64,000 nucleotides of DNA from Sphyrna mokarran (GCA_024679065.1 JAGIQG010000020.1:8060001-8124000); one strand, 5' to 3'. Counted from the stretch's first letter, positions 1 to 12,675 are shown. Made by a program: numbers and translations. Notes: generated by a model not told the origin, from the sequence alone.

Positions 1-546
1 TGTTGCCAGACTTTACTGAGCTTTAATCGGAGCCAGTTTCTCCCCAAAGCTTTGGAATGTTCTGACTCATTGTCTCGGAGGTATAATTTTACCTACGACA
101 TCTGTAAATGTGGATTCAATTCTCTCCCGCAATAAATGCCGCAAAACAAATTCCTCCATTATAGAGCTGGCTCTGTGGGTCACAACCCTTCAACCAGTGC
201 AGCACAATGGGTCTCTGCTCTTCACCTTACCCCGTTATATCCTCAATTGTAACCGCAGCGATCTTATTTTGCACAGTTCAGTAAATCATAAACCTAACGG
301 TCCTCAGTTAATAGTAATTGTAATGCATTCGATACTGTTCTATGACAATTTTATCAATGGTAAAGCCATTCACTTCACGGTAGATAAAATCTGTAATAAT
401 GGAGGCTAAAGTGATGAATAATCTGCATCATGAATTTCTGAAGATTCCTTTCCCCAGTTTCTGGAAGACCAACTACTTTCCTGGTGAAACTGGCTGCATA
501 TTATTTAGTTGGGATTGTCCAATTAGATGTTGCCCTTACAGGGAGG

Positions 547-554
547 ATTTGCAT
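547..554 (+). promoter_or_regulatory. Ig light-chain promoter octamer ATTTGCAT
   Basis: Exact ATTTGCAT in light-chain orientation, 126 bp upstream of the leader ATG; AT-rich TATA-like TTAATAAAA at 592-600. Confidence 0.85.
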
Positions 555-679
555 ACATACAGAACAGACAGGTAACGCCTCCTTCACACTGTTAATAAAA
601 AGATATCAGGAGGCAGATAATTCATTCGTTTCATCCAGATACCTGTATCGGTATTTCTGCCCTCCTTCCTGTCGTCACC

Positions 680-728
680 ATGTTTGAGTGGCTCACTGTT
701 GCCGCCGTGCTGTTATCTTTTATGTCAG
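680..728 (+). CDS. IGL: Ig light-chain leader exon (MFEWLTVAAVLLSFMS-G)
   Basis: Kozak-like CACCATG, hydrophobic signal peptide, phase-1 donor G|GTAAAT at 729; 104-bp intron ending TTCTAG at 832. Confidence 0.9.
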
Positions 729-832
729 GTAAATAATTTGACGAAATTTCGTGTTTGTTCTGAATAACGTTTTATTGCCATTTTCGATAGTGACTAAAGG
801 TGTCTGAAGCTTTCGCCTTTGTTCCCTTCTAG

Positions 833-1189
833 GCTCAAACGCGGAATTTACATTAAAGCAACCACTGTCTCTTTCCATTGTCCCGGGAGGAAACGTCGAG
901 ATAAGTTGTACATTGAGCGGGGTCAGTCTGGGAAACGCAGATATAAGCTGGTACCAGCAAAAACCTACTAATGCTCCTCGTTATATGCTGCGCCATAATA
1001 CCGAAACTGTAAACAGAGGCTCCGGTACTCCAGATCGGTTCTCCGGAAGGAGTGACTCGTCCGCCAACACTAGATACTTAACCATCAGCCAGGTACAAAA
1101 GGAGGATGAGGCCGATTACTACTGCGGAGTATGGATTGGCTCTGCTGGATTGTATCTATTCGGGAGTGGAACCAGGCTTTCGGTTTTGA
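833..1189 (+). CDS. IGL: Pre-joined VJ exon of an Ig lambda-type light chain
   Basis: Open frame GSNAEFTLKQP...ISC...WYQQKP...DEADYYC-GVWIGSAGLYL-FGSGTRLSVL, then donor A|GTAAGT at 1190; no heptamer/nonamer between V and J. Confidence 0.95.
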
Positions 1190-1869
1190 GTAAGTTATTT
1201 CACATCGTGATATCATAGGAATGGTGCAAGTTTACAATGTCCTTCTCAAAACAACAAGGTGCTAAACATTGAAAATCAGGCGACACGGAGTTATGAAATA
1301 GGCAGTTCATGTCCAATAATACTTAAAGCATAAACTTAGAAGGTACTACGGACAGGGTGACCTTGCCGTTATGATTGAAGGACTGAGCGTATTCAGTTGA
1401 GTATTTTAAGCCTTTCTTAATCCAAATATTTGGTTAATATTTACACTGTTCCCATCGCCGAACCAGTTTTAATGATTTCTTTTCTTCTCGCACCACCATT
1501 CCCCCTCCCGTACCCACTGATGGATTGAAATGATTTAATTGTTCGGTCGAAAGGGACGCATTGTTTGCAGTTGTTTCCTTTTTCATCTTACAGTCAAAAT
1601 TGCCTATTGTAAGAGGGAGTAGATAGCTAAAGATAATACGCATCAAAAAGCAACTTGCGTTCATTTGGTGCCTTTCATGATCTCAAAACTGTCAATAGGC
1701 CTTCATGTATTGTTACTTTTAAAGTGTAGTCATTGTTGCAATGCAGGGGAATGCGACAGGCATTTCAAGCACAGCGGGTGCAATAAACAGCCATGTGATG
1801 ACTGATCATCATGTGAGGTTATCCATTCTGTCGGGAAAATGGAAAGGCAAGTTAGTATCTAAATGATGA

Positions 1870-2605
1870 GAAATTCAGAGCGTTTGGCAGAGGCAGTTGA
1901 GTGTGCTCATATAAGATTCAGAGAAAACTAGTATGCAGATACAGTATGTAATAGGGAAGACAAATGGAATGCTGGCATTTATTGCTGAAGGAATGGAGAA
2001 GGGAAGTGTTGCTACAACCAGTGAGACCGCACCTGGAGTAACTCCGCGCACACTTCTGCTTACTTGAAAAGGACACAAGAATACTTCAGGAAAGTTGTAG
2101 CTGTACTGGAGACAACTCAGAGGAGGTTCACTAGATTGATTCCAGAGATGAGGGGTTTGTCTTGCGAAGGGAGATTGAGCAGTTTAGGTCTATATTCTCT
2201 AGAGTTTGGAAGAATGAGGGAAGATCTAATTGAGATATATATGATAAAGGGAGGGGGGGAGGTGACAGGGTAGACATAGAGAGAATGATTCCTGTTTTGG
2301 GGTAATCTACAAGGAGAGGTAGCAGTTTTATGATAAGGGGTAGCAGATTTAAAACAGAGATGAGGGGGAACTACTCTGAAAGTGTTGTGGATCTGAAATT
2401 GGCCACGCCAGAGTGGTCTGGATGCAGAACATTGAGTAAATTTGTAGAGGAGATTGACAGATTTGGAGATGGACAGATTTTTAATTAGTAATGCGTTGAA
2501 GAGCTGTGGAAAACGGGCAGGAAAGTGGAGTGAGACCTAGATGAGATCAGCAATGATCGAATTGAATGGCGGAGTGGGCTGGAGGAACTGATTGGCCACT
2601 CCGAC
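1870..2605 (+). mobile_element. CR1-type LINE 3' remnant in the J-C intron
   Basis: Degenerate RT C-terminus (QRRFTRLIPEMRGLS...GLYSLEF...REDLIE) plus typical CR1 3' UTR. Confidence 0.8.
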
Positions 2606-2779
2606 TGCGGAGTACTTCAATCCAGAGGGATCTGGATGTCCTCAAACAACAAATGAATCAACAGTCCAGTTTACATCCGTCATGATTTTTGCGTTCGTTG
2701 AAATCGATCTGTGAGTTGTATAAGTCAAATTCAAAATCTAGTCTGTGTTTTGAGTTCATGGATATCTTTACTTCCTAAA

Positions 2780-3043
2780 ATCATGCAATCCCTACAGTAC
2801 AGAAAGAGGTCGTTCAGCCAATCAATCCCACCAGGCCCTATCCCTGTAACCCCATACATTTACTTTGGTAATTTCCCGACACTAAGGAGCCGGGCCGATC
2901 AATCTAACCCTGCTCATCTTTGGACTGTAGGAGGAAACCGAAGTAGACACGAGGAGAACATGCAGGCTCCACACAGACAGTGACCCAAGGCCAGAATTGG
3001 CCCCTGGCGCTGAGAGGCAGCAGTGCTAATCACTGTGCCACCC
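2780..3043 (-). mobile_element. HE1-like tRNA-derived SINE
   Basis: Reverse complement of GGTGGCACAGTG..TTAGCACTGCTGCCTC head and GGTTTCCTCC core. Confidence 0.8.
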
Positions 3044-3943
3044 ATGAAATAAGGAGTTAGCACAGGAATACTAGGCAAGATAATTTCATTACTGTGAAGA
3101 GGATGAGAGAGATAACTTGCAATGAGTAAAGGCAAAGTACTGCGGCTGCTGGAATCTGCAATAAGCAATATATTGGGATGCCCGTGACTGAATGTGATAC
3201 TGGGGGTGAAAAAAAATGGTCGTAATTGTGGGAAGACTTGAATAAATGTCACAGAGTAACGTAGCTCCAAAATTGTATAATGTTTCATGGACAATGCGTT
3301 TCCCCTTGATTTGCCCGGGGATCAGTTTGTTAGAAACATATGACATAAATCAAATCCTACGAGAACAGAGCGGGGATTTGCCCTGGGGCAAATTTAATTT
3401 CCTTATAACATTATTGGGTTTTTAAATGAAATATTGCAAACATAACAGCTACCCCGGGCAATGAGGCGAATAAAAGGTGAGTTTGATTGAGGCTAGGTCA
3501 TGAAATGTGTAAATGCAGCACAACTGTAGTTCGATATTTGATTTAGGATAAAGATCAGGCCCTTCGGCCCTCCAAGCCCATGCCGATCATGCTGTTCTAT
3601 TTAGAACAACCGCTTGCAATCTTTATTCCCCATTAGTTGATGTGTCTATCCAGATAAGACTTAAATGTCGCTACAGTAAAACATATGACCACCTGATTCA
3701 AAGACCTTCAGTCGATAAGATACAATATTCGATGCATTTAGCAACATTAACTATCGCATTTATAGAAATCATCATTTTCAGGACGCGAGGTAAAATAACA
3801 TTGGGTATTTCAGGGTTTCAGCCGAGGTTACGGCGGAGAAAAGGGCGAGAAACCCAGTGAAAATCATCACCCCTTCTTAAGTCTCGAATTGCTGTCACGT
3901 CTGATTGATTTGCTTCTCTACTTTTTATTATACCCCTTTACAG

Positions 3944-4272
3944 CCCAGGCGAAGTCTCGCCCCTCTGTGTCTCTTTTCCCTCCGGCGCCCGATCAAATCT
4001 CTGCAGCAAACACGGCGACCCTAACGTGCTTGGTGACTAACTTCTTTCCCAGTTCTGTGCAAGTTTCCTGGACCGTCGACGACAAAGCAATGAAAACCGG
4101 CGTTCAGACAATTCAGCCCGTGGCGGACACCAACAAGACGTACAGTGTGAGCAGTTACCTGACCCTGAGCGCCGCCGACTGGAATTCGCACGAAGTGTAC
4201 ACCTGCGGGGTCACACATGAATCTCTGGTGTCTGAACTTCAGAAAAGCATCAAGAGATCACTCTGCCAGTGA
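3944..4272 (+). CDS. IGL: Ig lambda-type constant exon (C1-set domain ending ...KRSLCQ*)
   Basis: Polypyrimidine tract and TACAG acceptor; phase matches the J donor (A+CC=Thr); PSVSLFPP, TLTCLV, SSYLTL, YTCGVTHE motifs; penultimate Cys for H-L bond; TGA at 4270-4272. Confidence 0.95.
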
Positions 4273-4399
4273 TAGAGACAATTAACATCTGGGCATTGGC
4301 AACGAACAAGATTTCAATACAGTTTTGTTTGTAATCTTAGAATTGATTTATTAAATGCATCACAGACGGATTTCACATAATCAAATTAAAATATTGTTA

Positions 4400-4467
4400 A
4401 ATAAAGTCACATTTCATCAGCAAGGTCAATGCGTCAATCTTTTTTAAACTAAACTAGCGTCAATAAA
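4400..4467 (+). terminator. Poly(A) signals of the light-chain gene
   Basis: AATAAA at 4400-4405 and 4462-4467, downstream of the C-exon stop. Confidence 0.6.
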
Positions 4468-4789
4468 TATTCCACCACTAAATTCTTCCAGTTGCAAAAG
4501 ACTGTTTGCAATTCTAAAATACGTGTTTAATTAGAGGCGGCAGCATGTTGCAGATATATATTTAAATATTGAAAACATATTGATACAGGCATTTATAGAA
4601 ATCAATTCTGCCGATCTCCCGCCTCAACCTAGGCAGAAGATAGGTGGAAGGCGGTGTTAGGTGGTGCCAGGGCTCCCCTCTCCCTGGTTTGGCCGCTGTT
4701 ATGGCTGAAATAAAGCATGGAATAAACCAAATTATACAATCTATTTTTACGGCCTGGAAGGTAACCTGATTGGGGTGGCTTGAACGGTT

Positions 4790-5075
4790 CTCACTGATGC
4801 TTCACAGCGCCAGGGACCCGGGTTTGATTCCCGGCTGGGGTCACTGTCTGTGTGGCGCCTGCACGTTCTCTTCGTGTCTGCGTGGGTTTCTTCCGGGTGC
4901 TCCGGTTTCCTCCCGAAGTCGGAAAGACGCTCTGGTTTAGGTACATTAGTCGTGCTAAACTCTCCATCACTGTACATGAACAGGTGCCGGAGTGTGGCGA
5001 CGAGGGGATTTTCAGAGACATTTGGCAGCATTAATGTAAGTCTATTTGTGACACTGATAAATAAACGTTTAAACT
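4790..5075 (+). mobile_element. HE1-related SINE with alternative tail
   Basis: CACAGCGCCAGGGACCCGGGTTTGATTCC head, GGGTGCTCCGGTTTCCTCC core. Confidence 0.8.
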
Positions 5076-5129
5076 TTACTCTAGCACACACACACTCGCA
5101 TGAGGCAAATATGCTCTTGAATAAAAAAG

Positions 5130-5330
5130 GTCAAGTTTGGCTCCAGGAATTGAATGTAAAAGCCAGGCTGAGCCATTAATGCGGCAGTGAAGGAGAGCTG
5201 AACGGGGATGTTGACTTTCAAATAAGATGTTAAACAATTCTGTCTTTTCCGGTAAATGAAATGGATCCAAAGGTGCTATTGAAATAACAGGGGCGTTCTC
5301 TTGGTGTCCTTTCCAATGCTGATCCTTTTT
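5130..5330 (+). mobile_element. Deu-domain (SacSINE1/AmnSINE-like) SINE remnant
   Basis: Similar to the copies at 33250-33670 and 52180-52520 (GATGTTAAAC...GGATCC..GGTGCTATT..GAA). Confidence 0.5.
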
Positions 5331-6334
5331 TTCCGTTCGTGGGATATGATCATGGTTAGACCATCCCTAATTACTCCTGACTTGGCAGTGATGAGCTGCC
5401 GCCACACTTCATACTGACACACCTTCAGTTCGGTTAGGAAACTAATTCTTGGATATTTGAACCTGCGACAATGTTGTAAATGTGGGAAAGACTACACTAC
5501 ACTAACATGCCACCAAACAGCAGCATGAATATGTAGGGAAATTGATGTTTAATGATTAGTTTTAGTTTAGTTTACGGACAATCTGATCGATAAGGGAATT
5601 AAGGGTTATGGGAAGCAGGCGGGAAAGTGGAACTGATCCACTTCAGATCAGCCACGATCTTATTGAATGGCGGGGCAGGCTCGAAGGGCTAGATGGCCTA
5701 CGCCTGCTCCTTTTTCTTATCTTCTTGAGTTCTTATAACAATCGAAGTATGTCAACCCAAATTTGGTTTTCTGATGGATTCTGGAACACAAGCTCATCAC
5801 ATGACTTGGTCTTAGCATCACATTCAAGGGGAGGAAGAAGCTCTAACTCTTAAAGTTACTGATACAAAATATCAAGGTTGAACAATTACTGGGATGGAAC
5901 CATTCACCTCCCTCCAAATTAAAATTAACAGTTCAATTCTCTAAAATTCAAAGTCCTATTGTGAAATAAATCTTGAAATATCCAGCCTTGTGTATTAAAT
6001 TAGTGCAGTTTAGCTTGTGATGTTTGAGGGAAGTCATTTTATTTCCCACTATAGTCACGTTCGATTTTGTAAATTTAGTATTAAATTCTGTAATTAGCTT
6101 TTGTAACTCTGTAGGGTTTTAATTTTAGTGTCTGTTGGTTGAATGCATCGTGTTATATTTAGCACACCAATTACTTTCAAGTATCCATATGTATTTCATA
6201 TCGATTTTGTGAAGTTGCTGTAACTTTTTAAGTTTTAGAAAAACGCACTTATACCAAGTACTGACAGATAAAACAAAGTTAGTTGTCTCACAAACACATG
6301 TTGATAAGCGTCCGTTTTAATGAAGTCCTGTAGA

Positions 6335-6580
6335 CCATAGAATCTCTCCAGTGCAGAAGGAGGCTATTCAGCCCATCCAGTCTGCACTGATAACAATCCC
6401 ACCTAGGCCCTATCGCTGTAACCCCGAACATCTACCCTCCTAATTCCTCTAATCTACACATCCCGGGACACTAAGGGGCAATTCAGCATAACTAATGCAT
6501 CCTAACCTTCACACATTTGGACAATGAGAGGAAACTAGAGCATCTGGAGGAAACACAGACACGGGGAAAACGTGTAGACT
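6335..6580 (-). mobile_element. HE1-like SINE
   Basis: Shared SINE tail and core. Confidence 0.75.
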
Positions 6581-8419
6581 TTTACAACTTTAGGTATACC
6601 GGCGCACTTTACGTTTAATCAAGTAACATTTATGTCACAGAAACTATTCAATAATAATGCAATGACAGGAAGTTATTATTTTGTAGATTTACGTGATTTG
6701 CTGGAATAAGAAGAAATTTTTCTTAAGAAGAAATTTCTAAGACGTTTTATTCAGGAGATTAAATGGATTGAATAGCATCACATTGTTATAGATTGTCAGT
6801 AAACTCTGCATCAAGGACAAGCTCAAAAGGGGAAGTGGTAAACTAGTGGTAATGCTGCTGCACTAATAATCCACTGGTCCAGACTAATGCCACGGGAACA
6901 TGGGTTCAAATCCCACTATAGCTTGTGGAATTGAAATTCAATTAGCTAGTCTCAGTTATAGTAACCATGAAACAATCAGTGACTGTTGTAACAGGCTATT
7001 GGCTCATTTATATCCTTCAGAGAAGATAATCTGCCATCCTTACCTAACTTTGTCTACATGGGACTCCAGGTATAATTCTTAGCTGCCCTCTGAAATGGCC
7101 AAACAAACCATTTAGTTCATGCCAATTACAATGGGCAACAAATGTTGGCCCTGCCACATCCCATGAAAGAAAAGATATAAACTGAATATCACTTTTTGTT
7201 TTATGTGCCCTTCTGCATATGAACATCGGATAAAGGAGGAGTGTGCTTATTTATCTATCAGCAGATGATCTTTTACCCCATAGAAAGGAACAGAAGAGAA
7301 GGAAAATTATTCAGAGGGAAAAAAACTCACAAGTATTTTAAACTGAAAAGTCTTAACTTTAGGTTGCAAGATAGGTGGCTAGTCAGAATAGCATTGGGAA
7401 AGTTTTTGCATAAGTGTCTAAGCGGGTAGTCTTGTTAATGGCATGGCTATGGGTCACAAAGCTCATCCCAGGTCAGATATGATTTCATTCTTATGACTCA
7501 TTTATATCAGTCTCAGACAATTGCCAGAGGGTTGAATCAGTAACTGGGAAATAAGGATTGTATTGGAAAGCAATGATAATAGTATGATCTTTCCAATATT
7601 TAGAGGATTTTTTTTATTTGTTTATGGGATGTGGGCATCGTTGGCTGGGTCAGCATTTATCACCCATCCTGGGGGCAGTTAAGCATCAACCACACTGCTG
7701 TGGGTCTGGAGTCACATGTAGGCCAGACCAGGTAAGGATGGCAGATTTCTTTCCCCTTCACTGGTGAATCAGCTGGGCTTTTCCAACTAGTTATGTCATC
7801 ATCACTGGATTTCTAATTCAAGGCTTTCACTGAATACAAATTTCATTATCTGCTGTGGTGAGATTTGAAACCGGGTTCTCAGACCATTACTCTTAGTCTC
7901 TGGACTACTAGTCCAGTGACAATACCACTACACCACAGCTTCTGCTCATACAATACAGCGTGTCAGATAAACATTCTGATTAATCAACGGTAGTGAGTAG
8001 GTCAAAAGGGATCAGACTGGATATCATCAGCATCTAACTGAAACTTGAAATGATATTTTCTGATAATGCCACCAAGTAGAAATATTTAGTTAAGAAATGG
8101 AAAGGAGACAGGGATGGACTTTTTGGTGAATGCCTGAAGTAACTATGAAGGACAGCAAGGGAAGCCATGCAGGTGATTCTCTGGCAAACACTGGAGAGAT
8201 ATAAATGGAACTAGGTGAAGGACAGTCAGCACAGGAGAAGGAGTTGAAAGGAAAATCTGGCAAAGTCTCGGGGAATCATGTGGAGTTGGAGCACAAGATC
8301 AGTTGTGATCATATTGAATGGCACAGCAGGCTTGAGAGACTATGTGGTCTTCTCCTGCTCTTTTTCTTTAATTCATACTATTTTAGGTGGTATGGGTCAT
8401 GAATTTCAGATGTACTATC

Positions 8420-9050
8420 AAAGAAGTCTTTGAAATTGCTAAAATGCAGCTTGTAGATGTTAGAGGGAGATGATGTTTAACGTTATAGATGTAGATAGCA
8501 TGCTTAAAAAGCAGGCTGTTTTGTCTTCAATGGCATCAAGCTACACTCATCTGCGGAAATGAAGAGTGTCCATTATACTCCCAAATTGTGTCCTCTGGAT
8601 GGTAGAAATCCTCTAGTAAATAGGACATGAGTCACAGACTGCAGAATATAGTCTATAACCCGTATTTTTTGAGCCACAGTAGTTATGGGCTGCAAAAGTT
8701 CTGTCCAGTTAATGGTGAATCTAGGTTGTGGGTGAGAATTTGATAATGGTTGATTGGGACATCTGACATTACAGTAGAGTAAAAGTAATTGATAAAGCAG
8801 ATAAAGATGATCAGCATAGAACCTTGCCATGGGAAACATTAGTTTCTGATACCTTGAGGCTGGCTTGAGGAGTTCCAACAACCATAACTATCTTCCTTTG
8901 TGCTATACCCACTTTAATTCTATTAGCATTCCTTGAAATTAGCGTCTATCAATTGCTATGTTGACATCAATGACAATCACTCTCACCTTAGCTCTGGAAG
9001 TTCAGCCGATTTGTACATTTTGGCCCATGATTGTAATGAGGTCTGTATTT
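8420..9050. mobile_element. Degenerate L2/CR1-class LINE remnant
   Basis: Resembles the segments at 58960-59620 and 18090-18950. Confidence 0.45.
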
Positions 9051-11054
9051 GAGTGGTCTTACAAACTGTGCTCTGATTTGGAGTGTCTCAAGGCAGAAGC
9101 ATAAGCTGAAGATCTGAGGTAGCTTTACAAACTCCCGCATATCATAGTCCCAATACATCCTCTGCATCTGCGCCACCGCTTCTTGCAATTATTTATTGCT
9201 TAGTAATTTTATAATTTTATATCTCATATATACTTAGTAGGTGATGTTAGATTGATTTCTGGTGAATCTGTATAAAGGTAGTCTTGCTTTTATTTATCGA
9301 CATGGTTATTTTAACTTCCACTCCCCTGTTGTAATTTAAGTAACTGACTTAAACATTGTTTCCCTTTAGGATCCCTATAATGCTGGAATCCACTAATTAA
9401 TTTTGCTTTTGTTACTAGATATAATGCTGAGTTTTCCTTTCTCGACTGGTGACGAGATGGGACTGGGAGGACTGGAAAATATCGAAGGGAGTCATAGGGA
9501 AGGAATGCCAACATTTTTGTCTTAACATGCCATAAAGCCAATGGCAAGAAACTGTTAAGAATTTGGTTCATTCACATGGCCAGTTAAGAGCTAGGTGCTT
9601 CGTGCAGAGATTTGCGGGTAAACCTGGGATGCCTCGCATTAGATCCTAGGGGAACCACATTTAATGCATACTCCATGATCTAATGGGGGGGGGGAGTGGT
9701 CTCTGGCAGGAATGGCCACCCTAATGGCAACAATATTGTTGGTGCTAAGCAAAACCATCAGCCACCCCAAACACCAGCATCTGACTACCAGGCTCCGACC
9801 TCTCCACGGAAATCAATGATCTCTTTGATAGCACCTCACCATTGAGATGCACACATTCTGAAATTGCAGCCTCAACAATGCTCACTGCTATTAATAGTGC
9901 TGAAGAACTGCAGCTCTCTAATTGAAACAGCCACTTGTGCAATCGGCAATTGTCCCTAATTGGATGCAGTCCCAGTGGTAACCTGTTAAGTTGCCCCAGA
10001 TCCAACATCTACAACCGTAAAGTCAGTTCCATTTTCAACACTGGTAGAGGGACTTCAGGAAAGGAGCAAACTTCAGCCCAGTTACTATTATTTATATTTA
10101 CTCTCTGCTTTCGATTTAAGTTACTTAGCCCTTAGCTCCATTTCAATGCCAAGTTTACATTTATACCAAACTCTAGTCAATGCTGTTCACTTTGTTCAGT
10201 TATCCCAGTTCCACGCACACGGCTTAGCTAAACAAAAGAGAGTAGCAAGAGAACTGATTGTAAAGTCATCAGTTAATGAAATCCAGGATCTGAGAGAGAT
10301 GATTGAAGATGGAATGGTAGTTCAAGAGGAGGGAGGCTTTTTCTTGTTACATTTTACGATATGGGAGCAATGCAGGGAATGGAAACAGGTTGGTGATATT
10401 GATGAAAATGGGTCGAAGATGGATGTTGAGTTCAGCCTCTTTCTTGACACATTTCCCCTAAGGTTTTTAGTCCGACCAGTCCATAAGCAGATGATATTTT
10501 TCATGAGATCAATGTTTTATTATTCATCAGTGTTTGGGTATTTGTGTATTTAATCAACCCTGAAACACTTTGTAATTTCCAAATATGTCTGAATATCATT
10601 GTGTTCTCCTGTAACATTAGGTGAAAAATATCATAAATCAATAAGCTGGACCAATATATACAGGCTGATCATATTTGGTCAATTTTTTTAACATGGTTAG
10701 GGATCAAAGTCAGATTTAAAAAATAAACAATTTCTATCATAAACTTTCAGTTGTTTTTAGATCTGTGTTGAAAATGGTTTTCTTCTCGATCTTATCTTTA
10801 AAAATTATTTCTAGTCCTACCTTGAAAACTGGTAGGAGATAAGAGAATATCACATCTGTGGCATTATCAAGCACGCCGCTTGATTTATATGCAAAAATGC
10901 AAAATGCATTGTAACATAGCTAATACAATGCAGATGCATCTCAGAACCCAATTTTCAATAAGTTATTTAAAAGAATTTCCAGAGATTGAAAAATTACAAT
11001 AAGTTCAGTGAGAGTAGACTATAGGTTAATATAGTCAATATCACTGCATTCAGA

Positions 11055-11390
11055 AACACAGTATCCCTACAGTGCAGAAGGAGATCATTTGGCCCCTTTG
11101 AGTCTGCATCATCAACAATCCCACCTAGGCCCTAAACCCATAACCTTATATATTTACCCCACTAATCCTTTTAACCTATGCATCCTGGAACATTAAGTGG
11201 TAATTTAGCAAGGCTAATGCACCCAACCTATACATTTTTGGAGTGTGGGAGGAAACTACAGCATCCAAAGGAAATCCACACAGACACAGGAGAACATGCA
11301 AACTCCATGTAGACAGTCACCAAGCTGGGAATTAAACCTGGGTCCATAGAGCTGTAAAGCAGCAGTGCTAACCACTGTGCCACCATGTCA
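11055..11390 (-). mobile_element. HE1-like SINE
   Basis: Full head-to-tail match to the other copies. Confidence 0.8.
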
Positions 11391-11619
11391 CTCCAACTTA
11401 TTTATAAGTTGGATTTTCTGATAACCAACAATGTAAAATGATGAAGAGGCCAGAAGATTAGTATTAGTGAAATAGAAGTTCATATAAAGTATAACATTGG
11501 AATTGGCAAAACCAAGCCTTTCCATGCTGGAGAAAATGTGTAAAGTTAACTTTTGCCCATTTCCTTAAATTCCACAAAACCATCCTTAACATTTGAGCTA
11601 TAAATCAAGCCCATTTCCA

Positions 11620-12390
11620 GGTTAAGTGAGTGGGCGGAAAATTGGCAAATGGAATTCAGTGTGGGAAAATATGAGATTGTTCATTTTGGGGAAAAGGAAT
11701 GAGAAGGTGTACTATTATGTAAATGAAGAGAGATTACACAAAGCTGTAGCATAAAAGGACTTGGGAATCCTTGTTTATGAAACCCAGCATAAAGATGCAG
11801 AAAAGGAAGGCAAATAGAATGCTGGCCTTCATCTGAAGGAGGCTGGAGTGTCAAAGTGTTGCTGTAACTATACAAGATACTAGTGAGGCTACATTTAAAT
11901 ATTGTGTACAGTTTTGGTCCCCTTATTTAAGTAAAGGTATATTATCATTGGAGGCAGTATAGAGGAGATTTACAAGGATGATCCTGGCTCTATGAGGAAA
12001 GGTTAAACAGATTGAGTCTGTGTTTCTTGGAGTTCAAAGGAATGAGAACTGATATGTTTGAGGCATGTAAGATTCTTATGCATTAGACAGGGTATATTTA
12101 GAAGGATGTTTCCACCCTGAAAGTGTCAGATCAGAGGGTATATTCACAGGATAAGGGGTTGCTCACTCGTGATGGAATTGAAGAAGAATTTCTTCTGTCA
12201 AAGAATGGTGGATTTTTGGAATTCTTTACCCCAGGAAGCTGTGGAGGCCAAGTCCTTGAACATTTTTAAGACTGGCACAATTAAGAATTATGGAGATAAG
12301 ATTGGAAAGTGCATACATTGAATACCACATCAGCCATGATCTTACTGAACTGTGGAGCAGGCTTGATTCTTTTACTCTCCATGTTTTGCT
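11620..12390 (+). mobile_element. CR1-type LINE 3' remnant
   Basis: WQMEFSVGK..., YCVQFWSP-like degenerate RT end. Confidence 0.75.
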
Positions 12391-12414
12391 ACTCAATGTT
12401 TTTAAAAAATGAAT

Positions 12415-12675
12415 CATAATATCCCTACAAGACAGGAGGAGGTCATTTGTCCCATCGAATCTGCACTGACTAAAATCCCATCCAGGTTCTATTTGCATAA
12501 CCCCTCATATTTACCCTGCTAATCCCTAATTTACCTAATTCGTACACCTTTGGACTGTGGGAGGAAACCAGAGGAAATCCATGCAGACATGGGGAGAACA
12601 TGCACAGACAGTGACCCGAGGTCAGAATTGAACTGGGTCTCTGAGGCAGCAGCGCTAACCGCTGTGCCATCATGC
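12415..12675 (-). mobile_element. HE1-like SINE
   Basis: SINE head and core. Confidence 0.75.

Noticed and set aside
1118-1160. RSS or cryptic heptamer at the V-J junction
   Set aside because: No CACAGTG or ACAAAAACC; the V end reads TACTGCG, not the TACTGTG replacement heptamer.
913-1218. ORF-track 101-aa protein as a standalone gene
   Set aside because: It is the VJ exon read from an internal TTG into the intron; the true start is the spliced leader at 680.
4747-5179. Recurrent ORFs such as CGRKPEHPEETHAD / SLHVLLVSAWVSSGCS at many positions
   Set aside because: Translations of HE1-like SINE copies, not genes.
10146-10553. 135-aa ORF as a third gene
   Set aside because: No recognisable domain or consistent partner exons; a BLASTX or RNA-seq hit would be needed.
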